Notes: a model not told the origin generated them from the letters alone. A DNA stretch of 32,980 bases from Rhodospirillaceae bacterium (GCA_013349735.1 DUZC01000001.1:1-32980); one strand, 5' to 3'; positions 17,650 through 26,175 are shown, counted from the first letter of the stretch. Made by a program: numbers and translations.

Positions 17650-20133
17650 ATGACGTCACGCAGAACCGAAGGGCGCCTGATCGCCGTTCTCGGCCCCACC
17701 AACACCGGCAAGACTTATTTGGCGATAGAACGCATGCTGGGCCACAAGTCCGGCATGATCGGCTTTCCCCTGCGGCTTCTGGCCAGGGAAAATTACGATC
17801 GCATCGTCGCGTTGCATGGCGCCGGCTCAGTCGCTTTGCTGACCGGCGAGGAAAAAATCCTTCCGGCCCATCCTCGCTGGTTCATTTGCACCGTCGAAAG
17901 CATGCCCGTCGAACGAACTGTCGATTTTCTTGCCATCGACGAAATCCAGTTGGCGGCAGATCCCGAACGCGGGCACATCTTTACGGACCGCCTTTTGCAC
18001 GCTCGGGGCCTGTCGGAAACCATGGTCCTTGGTGCCGAAACCATAAAACCGCTTTTGCGCCAGCTGGTCCCTGACGCCGAATTCATTTCCCGTCCGCGCT
18101 TCTCGCAGCTCAGCTGGACCGGGCCGCGCAAATTGACCCGGTTGCCGGCTCGATCCGCCATCGTCGCCTTTTCGGCGGCCGAAGTTTACACTCTGGCCGA
18201 AATGATCCGCGGCCAGCGGGGCGGGGCGGCGGTTGTATTGGGCGCTCTTAGTCCGCGAACCCGCAATGCGCAGGTTGGCTTGTACCAGGCTGGCGAGGTC
18301 GATTATCTGGTGGCCACCGATGCCATCGGCATGGGCCTCAACATGAATATTGACCATGTGGCCTTTGCCGCCCAGCGTAAATTTGACGGACGGGCGCCGC
18401 GCGATCTCTCGGCCAGCGAAGTAGCCCAGATCGCCGGACGGGCCGGACGTCACATGAAGGATGGCAGCTTCGGCACCACTGGGGATGTCGCAGGCTTTGA
18501 CGCCGCGGTGATAGATGCCGTTGAAAACCATAGTTTTCCGCCTTTAAAGCGACTGCAATGGCGTAATGACCGACTGGTCTTCACGTCCCCAGCCGCCCTT
18601 TTGACCTCGCTTAACCGTCCGGCCACCCATCCAGGCCTGATCCGCGCCCGCGAAGCCGACGATCAGCTGGTACTGCAAGCCCTGTTGCGCGACGCCCAGG
18701 TCCTGAGCCAAGCGAAATCACCTGAGCGCGTGCGTTTGCTCTGGGATTGCTGCCAGATTCCGGACTTTCGTAAAAGCCTGGCTGAACAGCATTCCAGATT
18801 GGTGGCTGCCATTTTCGGACATTTGTCCAGCCAGCAGGGGGTCCTGCCCGCCGACTGGCTTGACCGACAGCTTAGCCGGCTAGAGCGTATCGACGGCGAT
18901 ATTGACACCCTGATGAGCCGGATCGCGAATGTCCGCACCTGGACCTATGTCAGTCATCACGCGGATTGGTTGACCGACCCGGGTCATTGGCAAGAACGCA
19001 GCCGGGCTCTCGAAGACCGCCTGTCGGATGCCTTGCATCACCAACTGACCCAAAGATTTGTTGACCGCAGGACTGCGGTCCTGACAAAACGACTTAAGGA
19101 CAGCAATACGCTGCTCTCGTCCGTCAATGCCGAAGGCGAGGTGCGCGTCGAGGGTCAGTTTGTTGGCCATCTTGACGGGTTCCGCTTTCGCGCTGACCCG
19201 GCCGAAGGGCTTAAGGCCGTCCGCACCATCAGCGCGGCGGCACAACGCGCCCTGAAACAGGAAATAAATGGCCGGATAGGCCAAGTAGCCGCCGCCGCCG
19301 ATGAGGCCTTCGCTCTCACCCCCCAAGGATTTATCCGATGGCAGGACGCAGAAATAGCCCGCTTGACCCGCGGCCCGGAGGCCATCCGCCCGGGCCTGAT
19401 CTTGCTGCAATCCGATCTGCTCGAACTTACCGCCCGGGACCGCTTGCAAGCTAGATTGGATAAATGGCTGGCAGGCTTTCTGGCAAACCAACTCGCCCCT
19501 CTTTATGCGACGCGCGATGCGCCGTTAACCGGGGCAGCCCGCGGCCTGACCTACCAACTGTCACAAGCCCTGGGTTCGATGCCAAGAAGGCCAGCTCAGG
19601 CACAGGTCGCGGCCTTGACCGAGTCCGATCGCAAGAGCTTGGCGCGCCTGGGCGTCCGTCTTGGCGTCGAGAGCATTTTTTTACCGGCCCTGTTGAAGCC
19701 CGGCAGCCAACGGCTCCGCGGTCTTTTGTGGTTTATTCATCAGGATCTTCCCCCTTGGGACATAGCTAGCGGGGGGGCGGTAAGCCGCCGTATCAACACA
19801 GATAGGCCTGCGGCTTGCTATGAGGCCGTGGGCTACCGTTGTCTTGGTCCACGGGCGATCCGCGTCGATATGTTAGAACGCTTTGCCGCCCAGATCCGTC
19901 CGCTTGCCAAACAAGGAAATTTCCAGCTAACCCCGGCCCTGGCGTCGCTCATTGGCGCTTCGATGGACGAGGCCGGCTTGATCTTGCAAGCGCTTGGCTA
20001 TCAGCGCTTTGGCACAGACGCCGAGGCCAATTATCGTCCGCTCGACCGACAGAAAAGGCGAAACGGTGGCGGCAAACGGCCAAACCGCGATTCACCTTTC
20101 GCCGCATTGGAGCGGATGGATCATGGCCGATGA
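17650..20133 (+). CDS. Suv3-like superfamily 2 ATP-dependent (RNA) helicase with a long C-terminal extension
   Basis: 827 aa. Walker A GPTNTGKTY (cf. SUV3 GPTNSGKTY), DExQ box AIDEIQL, VATDAIGMGLN, and motif VI QIAGRAGRH near residue 270. I recognise no motifs in the roughly 500 residues after the helicase core. Confidence 0.85.
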   Translation: MTSRRTEGRLIAVLGPTNTGKTYLAIERMLGHKSGMIGFPLRLLARENYDRIVALHGAGSVALLTGEEKILPAHPRWFICTVESMPVERTVDFLAIDEIQLAADPERGHIFTDRLLHARGLSETMVLGAETIKPLLRQLVPDAEFISRPRFSQLSWTGPRKLTRLPARSAIVAFSAAEVYTLAEMIRGQRGGAAVVLGALSPRTRNAQVGLYQAGEVDYLVATDAIGMGLNMNIDHVAFAAQRKFDGRAPRDLSASEVAQIAGRAGRHMKDGSFGTTGDVAGFDAAVIDAVENHSFPPLKRLQWRNDRLVFTSPAALLTSLNRPATHPGLIRAREADDQLVLQALLRDAQVLSQAKSPERVRLLWDCCQIPDFRKSLAEQHSRLVAAIFGHLSSQQGVLPADWLDRQLSRLERIDGDIDTLMSRIANVRTWTYVSHHADWLTDPGHWQERSRALEDRLSDALHHQLTQRFVDRRTAVLTKRLKDSNTLLSSVNAEGEVRVEGQFVGHLDGFRFRADPAEGLKAVRTISAAAQRALKQEINGRIGQVAAAADEAFALTPQGFIRWQDAEIARLTRGPEAIRPGLILLQSDLLELTARDRLQARLDKWLAGFLANQLAPLYATRDAPLTGAARGLTYQLSQALGSMPRRPAQAQVAALTESDRKSLARLGVRLGVESIFLPALLKPGSQRLRGLLWFIHQDLPPWDIASGGAVSRRINTDRPAACYEAVGYRCLGPRAIRVDMLERFAAQIRPLAKQGNFQLTPALASLIGASMDEAGLILQALGYQRFGTDAEANYRPLDRQKRRNGGGKRPNRDSPFAALERMDHGR

Positions 20134-20395
20134 ACGGTTACGGATTGACAAATGGCTATGGTACGCCCGCTTTTGCAAGACCCGTAGTCAGGCCCAACGT
20201 CTGGTGGCAAGCGGCGAGATCAGCCTGAATGGCCATGCTCTGAGCAAGGCCGCCACCAGCCTGCGCCCCGGTGACGAATTGATATTTCCGCTAGGCCCCG
20301 TTTTGCGCCATGTCCAGGTTGTCGTCCTCGGGGTCCGCCGTGGACCATCGGCTGAGGCAAAAAAATTATATCGCGACCTAAACACAGAACATTGA
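20123..20395 (+). CDS. S4-domain RNA-binding protein (Hsp15-like)
   Basis: 90 aa, MADERLRIDKWLWYARFCKTRSQAQRLVASGEISLNG (S4 alpha-L motif). I placed the start at the internal ATG 20123, which overlaps the helicase end by 11 nt. The ORF-track start at 19994 lies inside the helicase gene. Confidence 0.8.
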   Translation: MADERLRIDKWLWYARFCKTRSQAQRLVASGEISLNGHALSKAATSLRPGDELIFPLGPVLRHVQVVVLGVRRGPSAEAKKLYRDLNTEH

Positions 20396-20529
20396 CCGCA
20401 AAGACGGACCCAAATCCACATGCTCCGAGGGGTTGTGTCGGCGCCGCCGCTATGTTAGGCAGTGCGCCTTGTTGGAGCTGCACCTATCGTCGGCTCATCC
20501 TTGGCCGGAAATCCTGAACGGAGCCCACC

Positions 20530-20862
20530 ATGACTTACGTCGTTACGGAAAACTGCATTAAGTGCAAATATATGGACTGTGTCGAGGTTTGCCCTGTCGA
20601 CTGCTTCTATGAAGGGGAAAATTTTCTCGTCATCAATCCGGACGAATGCATTGATTGCGGTGTTTGTGAACCGGAATGTCCGGCCGAAGCAATATTTCCG
20701 GATAGCGAACCAAAAACCACGGACTGGCTGGAAATTAACCGCAAATATGCGGGAGAATGGCCCAACATTACCCGCAAAGGCGATGCCGCTGCCGATGCAG
20801 ATGAATGGAAAGATAAGCCGGGCAAAGCCCAGCTACTCAGCCCAAACCCAGCCAAACGCTAA
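20530..20862 (+). CDS. fdxA: 7Fe ferredoxin ([3Fe-4S][4Fe-4S], Azotobacter FdI type)
   Basis: [56 protein letters not shown] is nearly colinear with the FdI Cys pattern. Confidence 0.92.
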   Translation: MTYVVTENCIKCKYMDCVEVCPVDCFYEGENFLVINPDECIDCGVCEPECPAEAIFPDSEPKTTDWLEINRKYAGEWPNITRKGDAAADADEWKDKPGKAQLLSPNPAKR

Positions 20863-21074
20863 AGCTTTTCTCCAAAAACGAACAGCCCTCGCCTCGTTAG
20901 AACTTGGGGAGAATTAATCTGTTCTGTGTGGACCGGCTATGTTATAAGGATCCTCCTGTCGGGCAAAGCTCGGCAGTCGGCCGCGCGATGCGGCTTGGGC
21001 GGAATGCCCCACACGGCCTTTTTTGGTACCCGGATCGACCGCGACTGCGGAACGGTATGCGTACTGTTTGCGCG

Positions 21075-21096
21075 AGGTCGGTGTCCGACTTTTTTT
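21075..21096 (+). terminator. Terminator-like hairpin plus T7 tract immediately upstream of the carD ribosome-binding site
   Basis: AGGTCGG-TGT-CCGACTT (7-bp stem including one G-U pair, 21075-21091) runs into the T-run at 21090-21096. The RBS GAGGGAAGAG then follows, with the ATG at 21113. Confidence 0.35.
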
Positions 21097-21112
21097 GAGG
21101 GAAGAGCGGCAC

Positions 21113-21610
21113 ATGCTCCACGACTTTTCTTTTTCCGAAGGTGACTTTGTTGTCTATCCAACTCACGGGGTTGGAAAGGTAGCGTCAATCGAGCGGCAAA
21201 GGATTGCCGGACACGAGCTGGAATTATTTGTCATCACCTTTGACCGTGATCGCATGACTTTGCGTGTTCCGGTTCCGAAGGCCAAGAAGTCTGGATTGCG
21301 CAAGCTTTCTTCGCATACGGTTATGGAGGCGGCCCTTGGCCGTTTACGGGGTCGCGCCAAAGTCAAGCGCGCCATGTGGAGCCGCCGCGCCCAAGAATAT
21401 GAAGCCAAAATCAATTCGGGGGACCCAGTGTCCATCGCCGAAGTTGTGCGTGATCTGCATCGTAACGCCAACCAGCCAGACCAATCCTATAGTGAGCGGC
21501 AGATTTACGAAGCTGCCCTGGAACGTTTGGCCAGCGAGTTGGCAGCGGTAGAGCGGATCGAGCCATCGGCCGCAGCCCAGAAGCTGGAAAGCCTTTTGGA
21601 CGCGGCGTGA
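21113..21610 (+). CDS. carD: CarD/CdnL-family RNA-polymerase-binding transcription factor
   Basis: 165 aa, FSEGDFVVYPTHGVGKVASIERQRIAGHELELFVI (CarD_CdnL_TRCF N-domain). I placed the start at the internal ATG 21113, which has an upstream RBS. The ORF-track start at 21023 lies in the spacer. Confidence 0.9.
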   Translation: MLHDFSFSEGDFVVYPTHGVGKVASIERQRIAGHELELFVITFDRDRMTLRVPVPKAKKSGLRKLSSHTVMEAALGRLRGRAKVKRAMWSRRAQEYEAKINSGDPVSIAEVVRDLHRNANQPDQSYSERQIYEAALERLASELAAVERIEPSAAAQKLESLLDAA

Positions 21611-21643
21611 TCGTCCGAACTTAGGACAGTTTTTACCGAACTG

Positions 21644-21675
21644 CCGCGGCGTCCGGCCGCGGTGGGACCGTTTCT
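21644..21675 (+). terminator. Candidate carD terminator
   Basis: CCGCGGC-GTCCG-GCCGCGG (7-bp GC stem, 21644-21662) followed by a weak T-rich stretch (GTTTCTT). Confidence 0.4.
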
Positions 21676-21750
21676 TGAATTGCCACCCCCGGAAGCCGAG
21701 TGCTGGTTGGTGATTCCAGGTTAACATTCTGGGAGGCTGGCCACCCCATC

Positions 21751-22551
21751 ATGTCCTCGGAGCAACGCATATTTGCGACATTGCGCGAAGGGCGCATCTG
21801 GGCGGTGGCCGCGATCCACGGCCAGGCGGACCGTCTGGCGGCGTTGCACCGACATTTAGCGCAGGCTTTCCAGCCGGGAGACCAACTGGTTTATCTTGGC
21901 AATTACTCAGGCCATGGACTGGCTGTCCGCGACTGCATCGATGAACTCCTGGTCTTTCGCCGCACGCTTCTGGCTAAACCGGGGGTTGATTGTGGCGATG
22001 TCGTTTTTCTGCGTGGCGCCCAGGAAGAAATGTGGCAGAAGCTTTTACAACTGCAATTTGCCCCCAACCCGGTTCAGGTTCTGCAATGGATGGTCGGCCA
22101 GGGGATCGAGCCAACCATCGAAGCCTATGGCGCTACAGTCGAAGAAGCCATCTTGGCGGCACGCGACGGCACCTTGTCTTTGACCCGCTGGACCAGTCAA
22201 CTGCGACAGAATTTACGCAGTTATGACGGCCATAATGCGCTGATGAGCGTTTTGCGTCATGCCGCCTTCACCACCCAATCCTCGGCATTGTTTGTCCATG
22301 CCGGAATTGATCCGCAGCGCCCTCTGTCGGCACAAAGTGACAGTTTCTGGTGGGGTGCCGCTGGGTTTGATGCCTTAAATGAACCTTATGCCGGCTATCA
22401 GAGGGTGATCCGTGGTTTTGACCGCCGCCACCCAGGTTTGGTGGAGTCCCCTTTTTCTGTCACTCTTGACGGTGGTTGCGGGTTTGGCGGCACCCTGCTG
22501 GCCGGCCTTTTCGGCCCCGGGGGACACCTTATAACCAGCATCGAAGTCTGA
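21751..22551 (+). CDS. Metallophosphoesterase (PPP/ApaH/PrpA-like) fold protein with degenerate catalytic motifs
   Basis: The motif positions are colinear with PPP-family motifs, but key residues are replaced: GDxHG becomes AAIHG, GDxxDRG becomes GNYSGHG, and GNHE becomes GAQEE. VHAG is retained as FVHAGIDP, and LDGGCGFGGTLLA matches IDTG..GG.L. I placed the start at the ATG 21751 (MSSEQRIF...); the ORF track begins at 21700. Confidence 0.65.
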   Translation: MSSEQRIFATLREGRIWAVAAIHGQADRLAALHRHLAQAFQPGDQLVYLGNYSGHGLAVRDCIDELLVFRRTLLAKPGVDCGDVVFLRGAQEEMWQKLLQLQFAPNPVQVLQWMVGQGIEPTIEAYGATVEEAILAARDGTLSLTRWTSQLRQNLRSYDGHNALMSVLRHAAFTTQSSALFVHAGIDPQRPLSAQSDSFWWGAAGFDALNEPYAGYQRVIRGFDRRHPGLVESPFSVTLDGGCGFGGTLLAGLFGPGGHLITSIEV

Positions 22552-22584
22552 TCCTTCTGAGCGCTAACCCGTGATGCAAACGAA

Positions 22585-23541
22585 ATGAAGGGCGAAAGAG
22601 ATATCTTGACCGACCTCTACCCGCCGATTGAGGCCAATCGGCAGGGTTGGTTGTCGGTTGGCCATGGCCATCGTTTGTATTGGGAAGAATCCGGGGACCC
22701 TTGGGGAACGCCTGTGGTTTTTTTGCATGGCGGCCCCGGGGCCGGCTGCGCGCCGATGCATCGTCGTTTTTTCGACCCGCGTCATTATCGCATCGTCCTG
22801 TTTGATCAGCGCGGATCCGGGCGGTCCATGCCTTATGCCAGCATTTCTCATAACACCACGCCCTTGCTCATCGCCGATCTCGAGGCTTTGCGGCAACATT
22901 TGGGCATCGAACGCTGGCTGCTGTTCGGTGGCTCCTGGGGCAGCACCTTGGCCCTGGCCTATGGCGAGGCCCATCCCAATCGTTGCCTTGGCTTGATATT
23001 GCGCGGCATTTTCCTCTTCCGACCGGACGAGGTCGATTGGTTTCTCAATCGCATGGAGCAATTTTATCCCGAAGCCGGTCGTGCCTTTCGCGACCATCTG
23101 CCTGAGGAGGATCGCCATGATCTGCTGGCCGCCTATCACCGGCGCCTGACGGACCCGGACCCGGCCATCCATCTACCGGCTGCGCAGGCCTGGTGTACTT
23201 ATGAGGAATCCTGTTCACGCCTTCTCGCTGAACCGGTGGAGCCGCGCATGTCGGCCACAGCCCTGGCCATGGCCAGAATCGAAGCCCATTACATGGTCCA
23301 TAAGGGCTTTTTGGAAGAAAACCAGCTTTTAAACAATATTCACCGCTTGCATGGCAAACCGGCGACCATTGTTCAGGGGCGCTATGATGTGGTCTGCCCT
23401 ATTATCAATGCCGACCGCTTGGCCCGAGCCTGGCCGGGGACCACCTATCGGATCATCGCCGATGCCGGCCATTCCGCCATGGAACCCGGTGTCCGCAGTG
23501 CGCTGGTCTCGGCAACCAACCATTACCGAGCTCTAGGTTAA
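22585..23541 (+). CDS. pip: Prolyl aminopeptidase (proline iminopeptidase)
   Basis: 318 aa with LYPPIEANRQGWL, VVFLHGGPGAG, LFDQRGSGRS, the nucleophile GGSWGSTLALAY, and a C-terminal GHSA. Confidence 0.92.
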   Translation: MKGERDILTDLYPPIEANRQGWLSVGHGHRLYWEESGDPWGTPVVFLHGGPGAGCAPMHRRFFDPRHYRIVLFDQRGSGRSMPYASISHNTTPLLIADLEALRQHLGIERWLLFGGSWGSTLALAYGEAHPNRCLGLILRGIFLFRPDEVDWFLNRMEQFYPEAGRAFRDHLPEEDRHDLLAAYHRRLTDPDPAIHLPAAQAWCTYEESCSRLLAEPVEPRMSATALAMARIEAHYMVHKGFLEENQLLNNIHRLHGKPATIVQGRYDVVCPIINADRLARAWPGTTYRIIADAGHSAMEPGVRSALVSATNHYRALG

Positions 23542-24174
23542 CAGCCCGACACTATCGACAGTCCCGGCCAAAGCCGCCAGGGCCTGGCGGCTATCTCTTC
23601 CCACCCGCACCAGCGCCGGCAATTGCTCTGGGGACCGCATCAGCCCAGCGATTACCGGCCAGGGGCGGGTTCTTCCGTCGGCATCCAAGCCCAGCAGCGC
23701 CAAAGGTGGAATAGCCCGTTGGGCAGGGTCGGCGATCGCCCGCAATACGGCAAAGGGCTTGCCCGCCTGCTGGCAGGCCAAGGCCACCGCGCCCGACTCC
23801 ATATCAACGGCCAAGGCACTGGACTGCTGATATAACCGGGCCTTATCCTCAGCCGTGGCAACCACCTGATCGGAATGAGCCAGCACACCGCTGAGAGCCA
23901 TCGGCAGTGCCGAGACCAGCGTGTCATGCCACGTCCGATCTGTCGGCAGACAGGCGTCGTCCACAATCACCGCCGAGCCTATCAATAGTTGTCCGCTTAA
24001 AAGACCGGGCCGCAACCCACCGGCGATGCCAAAGCTCAGCAAGCCGTGCGCTCCCTGGCTAAGCAGTTGAAGTGCCAATTTCCTGGCAGCGTCCGCCCGC
24101 CCCCCGCTGCAGGCGACGCGATGTCCCGGCAAAAGCCGGGCCTCGCTTTGCATGCCAACCAGAACGCCAATCAC
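23533..24174 (-). CDS. hpnG: Hopanoid-associated phosphorylase / adenosylhopane nucleosidase HpnG (PNP_UDP_1 family)
   Basis: Nucleoside-phosphorylase-like sequence (VIGVLVGMQSEARLL..., SFGIAGGL, AVDMESGAVA) immediately downstream of shc. I favour the GTG start at 24172-24174, which overlaps the shc TGA (GTGA). An alternative ATG is at 24153, and the ORF-track start at 24321 lies inside shc. Confidence 0.8.
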   Translation of the reverse strand: MIGVLVGMQSEARLLPGHRVACSGGRADAARKLALQLLSQGAHGLLSFGIAGGLRPGLLSGQLLIGSAVIVDDACLPTDRTWHDTLVSALPMALSGVLAHSDQVVATAEDKARLYQQSSALAVDMESGAVALACQQAGKPFAVLRAIADPAQRAIPPLALLGLDADGRTRPWPVIAGLMRSPEQLPALVRVGRDSRQALAALAGTVDSVGLLT

Positions 24175-26114
24175 AGGGCGTGCAAGACAGGGCCGGCATT
24201 GCCGGCAGTGAGATTCCGATAGCGCGCCAGGGCCCAAACCGGAAAAAAGGCTCGGTACCCGTGATAGCGCAGGTAGAAGACTTTGGGAAAACCAACCGCA
24301 GTAAACAGTTCCTCGTCCCACAAACCTTCGTCATTGCGCGATTTCATCAGGTAATTGATACCTCGGGCGACCGCCGGATGAGCCACCTGTCCGGCAGCCA
24401 TCAAACCCAACACCGCCCAGGCCGTTTGTGACGGCGTACTCACCACCGCCTGGCCATGGGGCTCGTCTTCCCAATAGGAGCGACCGTCTTCCCCCCAGCC
24501 ACCATCCTCTTTTTGGCAGTTCAACAGCCAAGCGACGGCGCGCCGCACCGCCAGGGACTCATGGCTGATACCGGCTGCATTCAAAGCCGCCAAGGCCGAC
24601 CAGGTCCCATAGATGTAATTGGTTCCCCAGCGGCCAAACCAGGACCCATCTTTTTCCTGTTCGGCCAGCAAATAATCGACGCCATCCGCCACAATTCTGC
24701 TGTCGCGACCGTTAGGAAGAACGGACAGTGCCGAGATGCATCGTGCCGAAACATCAGCCGTCGGCGGATCCAGCAAGGCGCCATGATCAGCAAAAGGAAT
24801 ATAGTTCAATGCGTAATGCGTGTTTTCCGCATCAAACGCACCCCAGCCGCCCCCCAGGCTTTGCATACCGCGCAACCAGACAGCGCCCAATTCAATGGCC
24901 TCGCTGTAGCGCTCACGGTCCAAACGATCAAGGGCCGCCATAACCACAGCCGTATCATCAACATCGGGATAATGCGGGTTCGCATATTGAAAGGCCCAGC
25001 CGCCCGGGGCCAGATCGGGCCGCTGTGCCGCCCAGTCTCCCATCACATCACGAATTTGCCGTTCGACCAGCCAGTCAGCGCCTTTGCGCGCTGCGGCAAG
25101 GGATGGCTCATCGCCGACCTCAAGCAAAGCATGACAGGCCAGCGACGTATCCCAAACCGGAGAAACGCAAGGCTGAACCCAGGCGAACGCACCCTCGTCG
25201 ACCACCAGTTTACGCAAAGCTTTCTTAGCGATGACCATCCTGGGATCCGAAGCCGGAACCCCAAGCAGATCATACATTTCAACGGCATTGACCATGGCCG
25301 GGAAAATGGCCCCCAATCCTTCTTCACCATTCAACCGCTCATCCACGAAGGCCACCGCCTTCGCAACCGCGCGCGCGCGCAAGGAGGATGGGAAATAAGG
25401 AGATAGCCGCTGTAAAACGCGATCCAAGCCGCGAAAGAAATAGGCCCACCGGGAACGCACCGGCTCAAGATTCCAGTCCCGCACCTGATCCGGCGGCATA
25501 ACAAACAGCTCTTTAATGTTAATCTTCAGAGGGTTGCGCGCTTTCGGCTTCAATGACATCAGGACAATCAGCGGCACGATCACTGTGCGCGACCAATAAC
25601 TGACCTTATCCAGATGGAACGGAAACCATTTCGGCAGCAGCATAATCTCGACCGGCATCACCGGCACCCCATGCCAGGGGATCTGCTCGAAAAGAGCCAG
25701 CAAGGTACGGGTAAAGACATTACTGGCCGCGGCCCCGCCATGCTCAAGGATGGCCTGACGGGCGCGGCGCATATGCGGTGCCTCGATATCGTCACCCAGC
25801 GCTTTCAGGGCGAAATAGGCTTTGACAGATGCACTGATATTGAATTCACCACCGTGAAACAGAGGCCAGCCGCCATGGTCTGCCTGTTTGGCGCGCAGAT
25901 AGACACCAATCTTCTGTTCCAGCGCCTTATCCCGTTCGTCCATATAATGAAGAAACAAAACATACTCAGCGGGAATGGTGACGTCGGCTTCCAAGGCAAA
26001 AACCCAGTGGCCATCAGCCCGCTGACGCGCCATCAACGCGGCAGCGGACGCTGCAACGGCTTTTTGCAATTCTTCTTGAAGAGCCGGCGACTCTATTAAA
26101 CTGTCGGCGAACAC
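24171..26114 (-). CDS. shc: Squalene-hopene cyclase
   Basis: About 647 aa with the catalytic DxDD motif (YPDVDDTAVVMAAL) and repeated QW motifs (e.g. QKEDGGWGE, QSLGGGWGAF, EQEKDGSWFGRWG). I favour the GTG start at 26114, which is 6 nt after the GAGG SD. The ORF-track TTG at 26120 abuts the SD. Confidence 0.95.
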   Translation of the reverse strand: MFADSLIESPALQEELQKAVAASAAALMARQRADGHWVFALEADVTIPAEYVLFLHYMDERDKALEQKIGVYLRAKQADHGGWPLFHGGEFNISASVKAYFALKALGDDIEAPHMRRARQAILEHGGAAASNVFTRTLLALFEQIPWHGVPVMPVEIMLLPKWFPFHLDKVSYWSRTVIVPLIVLMSLKPKARNPLKINIKELFVMPPDQVRDWNLEPVRSRWAYFFRGLDRVLQRLSPYFPSSLRARAVAKAVAFVDERLNGEEGLGAIFPAMVNAVEMYDLLGVPASDPRMVIAKKALRKLVVDEGAFAWVQPCVSPVWDTSLACHALLEVGDEPSLAAARKGADWLVERQIRDVMGDWAAQRPDLAPGGWAFQYANPHYPDVDDTAVVMAALDRLDRERYSEAIELGAVWLRGMQSLGGGWGAFDAENTHYALNYIPFADHGALLDPPTADVSARCISALSVLPNGRDSRIVADGVDYLLAEQEKDGSWFGRWGTNYIYGTWSALAALNAAGISHESLAVRRAVAWLLNCQKEDGGWGEDGRSYWEDEPHGQAVVSTPSQTAWAVLGLMAAGQVAHPAVARGINYLMKSRNDEGLWDEELFTAVGFPKVFYLRYHGYRAFFPVWALARYRNLTAGNAGPVLHAL

Positions 26115-26121
26115 GTGCAAC

Positions 26122-26175
26122 CTCGAAATAAATTCAAAGTGCAGGCTGATAGCACGATATGCTGCCTATTTCGAG
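26122..26175 (-). promoter_or_regulatory. Intercistronic RNA hairpin between hpnD and shc that overlaps the shc SD
   Basis: In mRNA sense, CUCGAAAUA (1 nt after the hpnD TAA) pairs with UAUUUCGAG, a perfect 9-bp match. The 3' arm supplies 3 of the 4 nt of the GAGG SD of shc. Inner GCAG/CUGC pairing is also possible. Confidence 0.35.

Noticed and set aside
17096-17659. 187-aa minus-strand ORF spanning the htpG-hpf spacer and the whole HPF-like gene.
   Set aside because: The opposite strand encodes a well-formed S30AE-family protein with an RBS and a downstream stem-loop. The minus-strand product has no motifs and would have to begin inside the helicase start region.
19572-19583. GGGTTCGATGCC, which resembles a tRNA T-arm.
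   Set aside because: It lies in frame within the helicase coding sequence. No acceptor stem, anticodon stem or D-arm pairing can be built around it.
22564-23172. 202-aa minus-strand ORF opposite pip. Similar cases occur at 17827-18531 and 18880-19491 opposite the helicase, 30433-31047 opposite ispA, 6937-7551 opposite or out of frame in ccmF, and 10997-11488 and 12557-12946 opposite acnB.
   Set aside because: All are antisense or off-frame to genes with strong signatures. They have no motifs and no independent RBS or promoter context.
24456-25406. 316-aa plus-strand ORF inside the shc region.
   Set aside because: It is antisense to squalene-hopene cyclase, which has DxDD and QW motifs. The product is Arg/Pro/Gln-rich with no recognisable motif.
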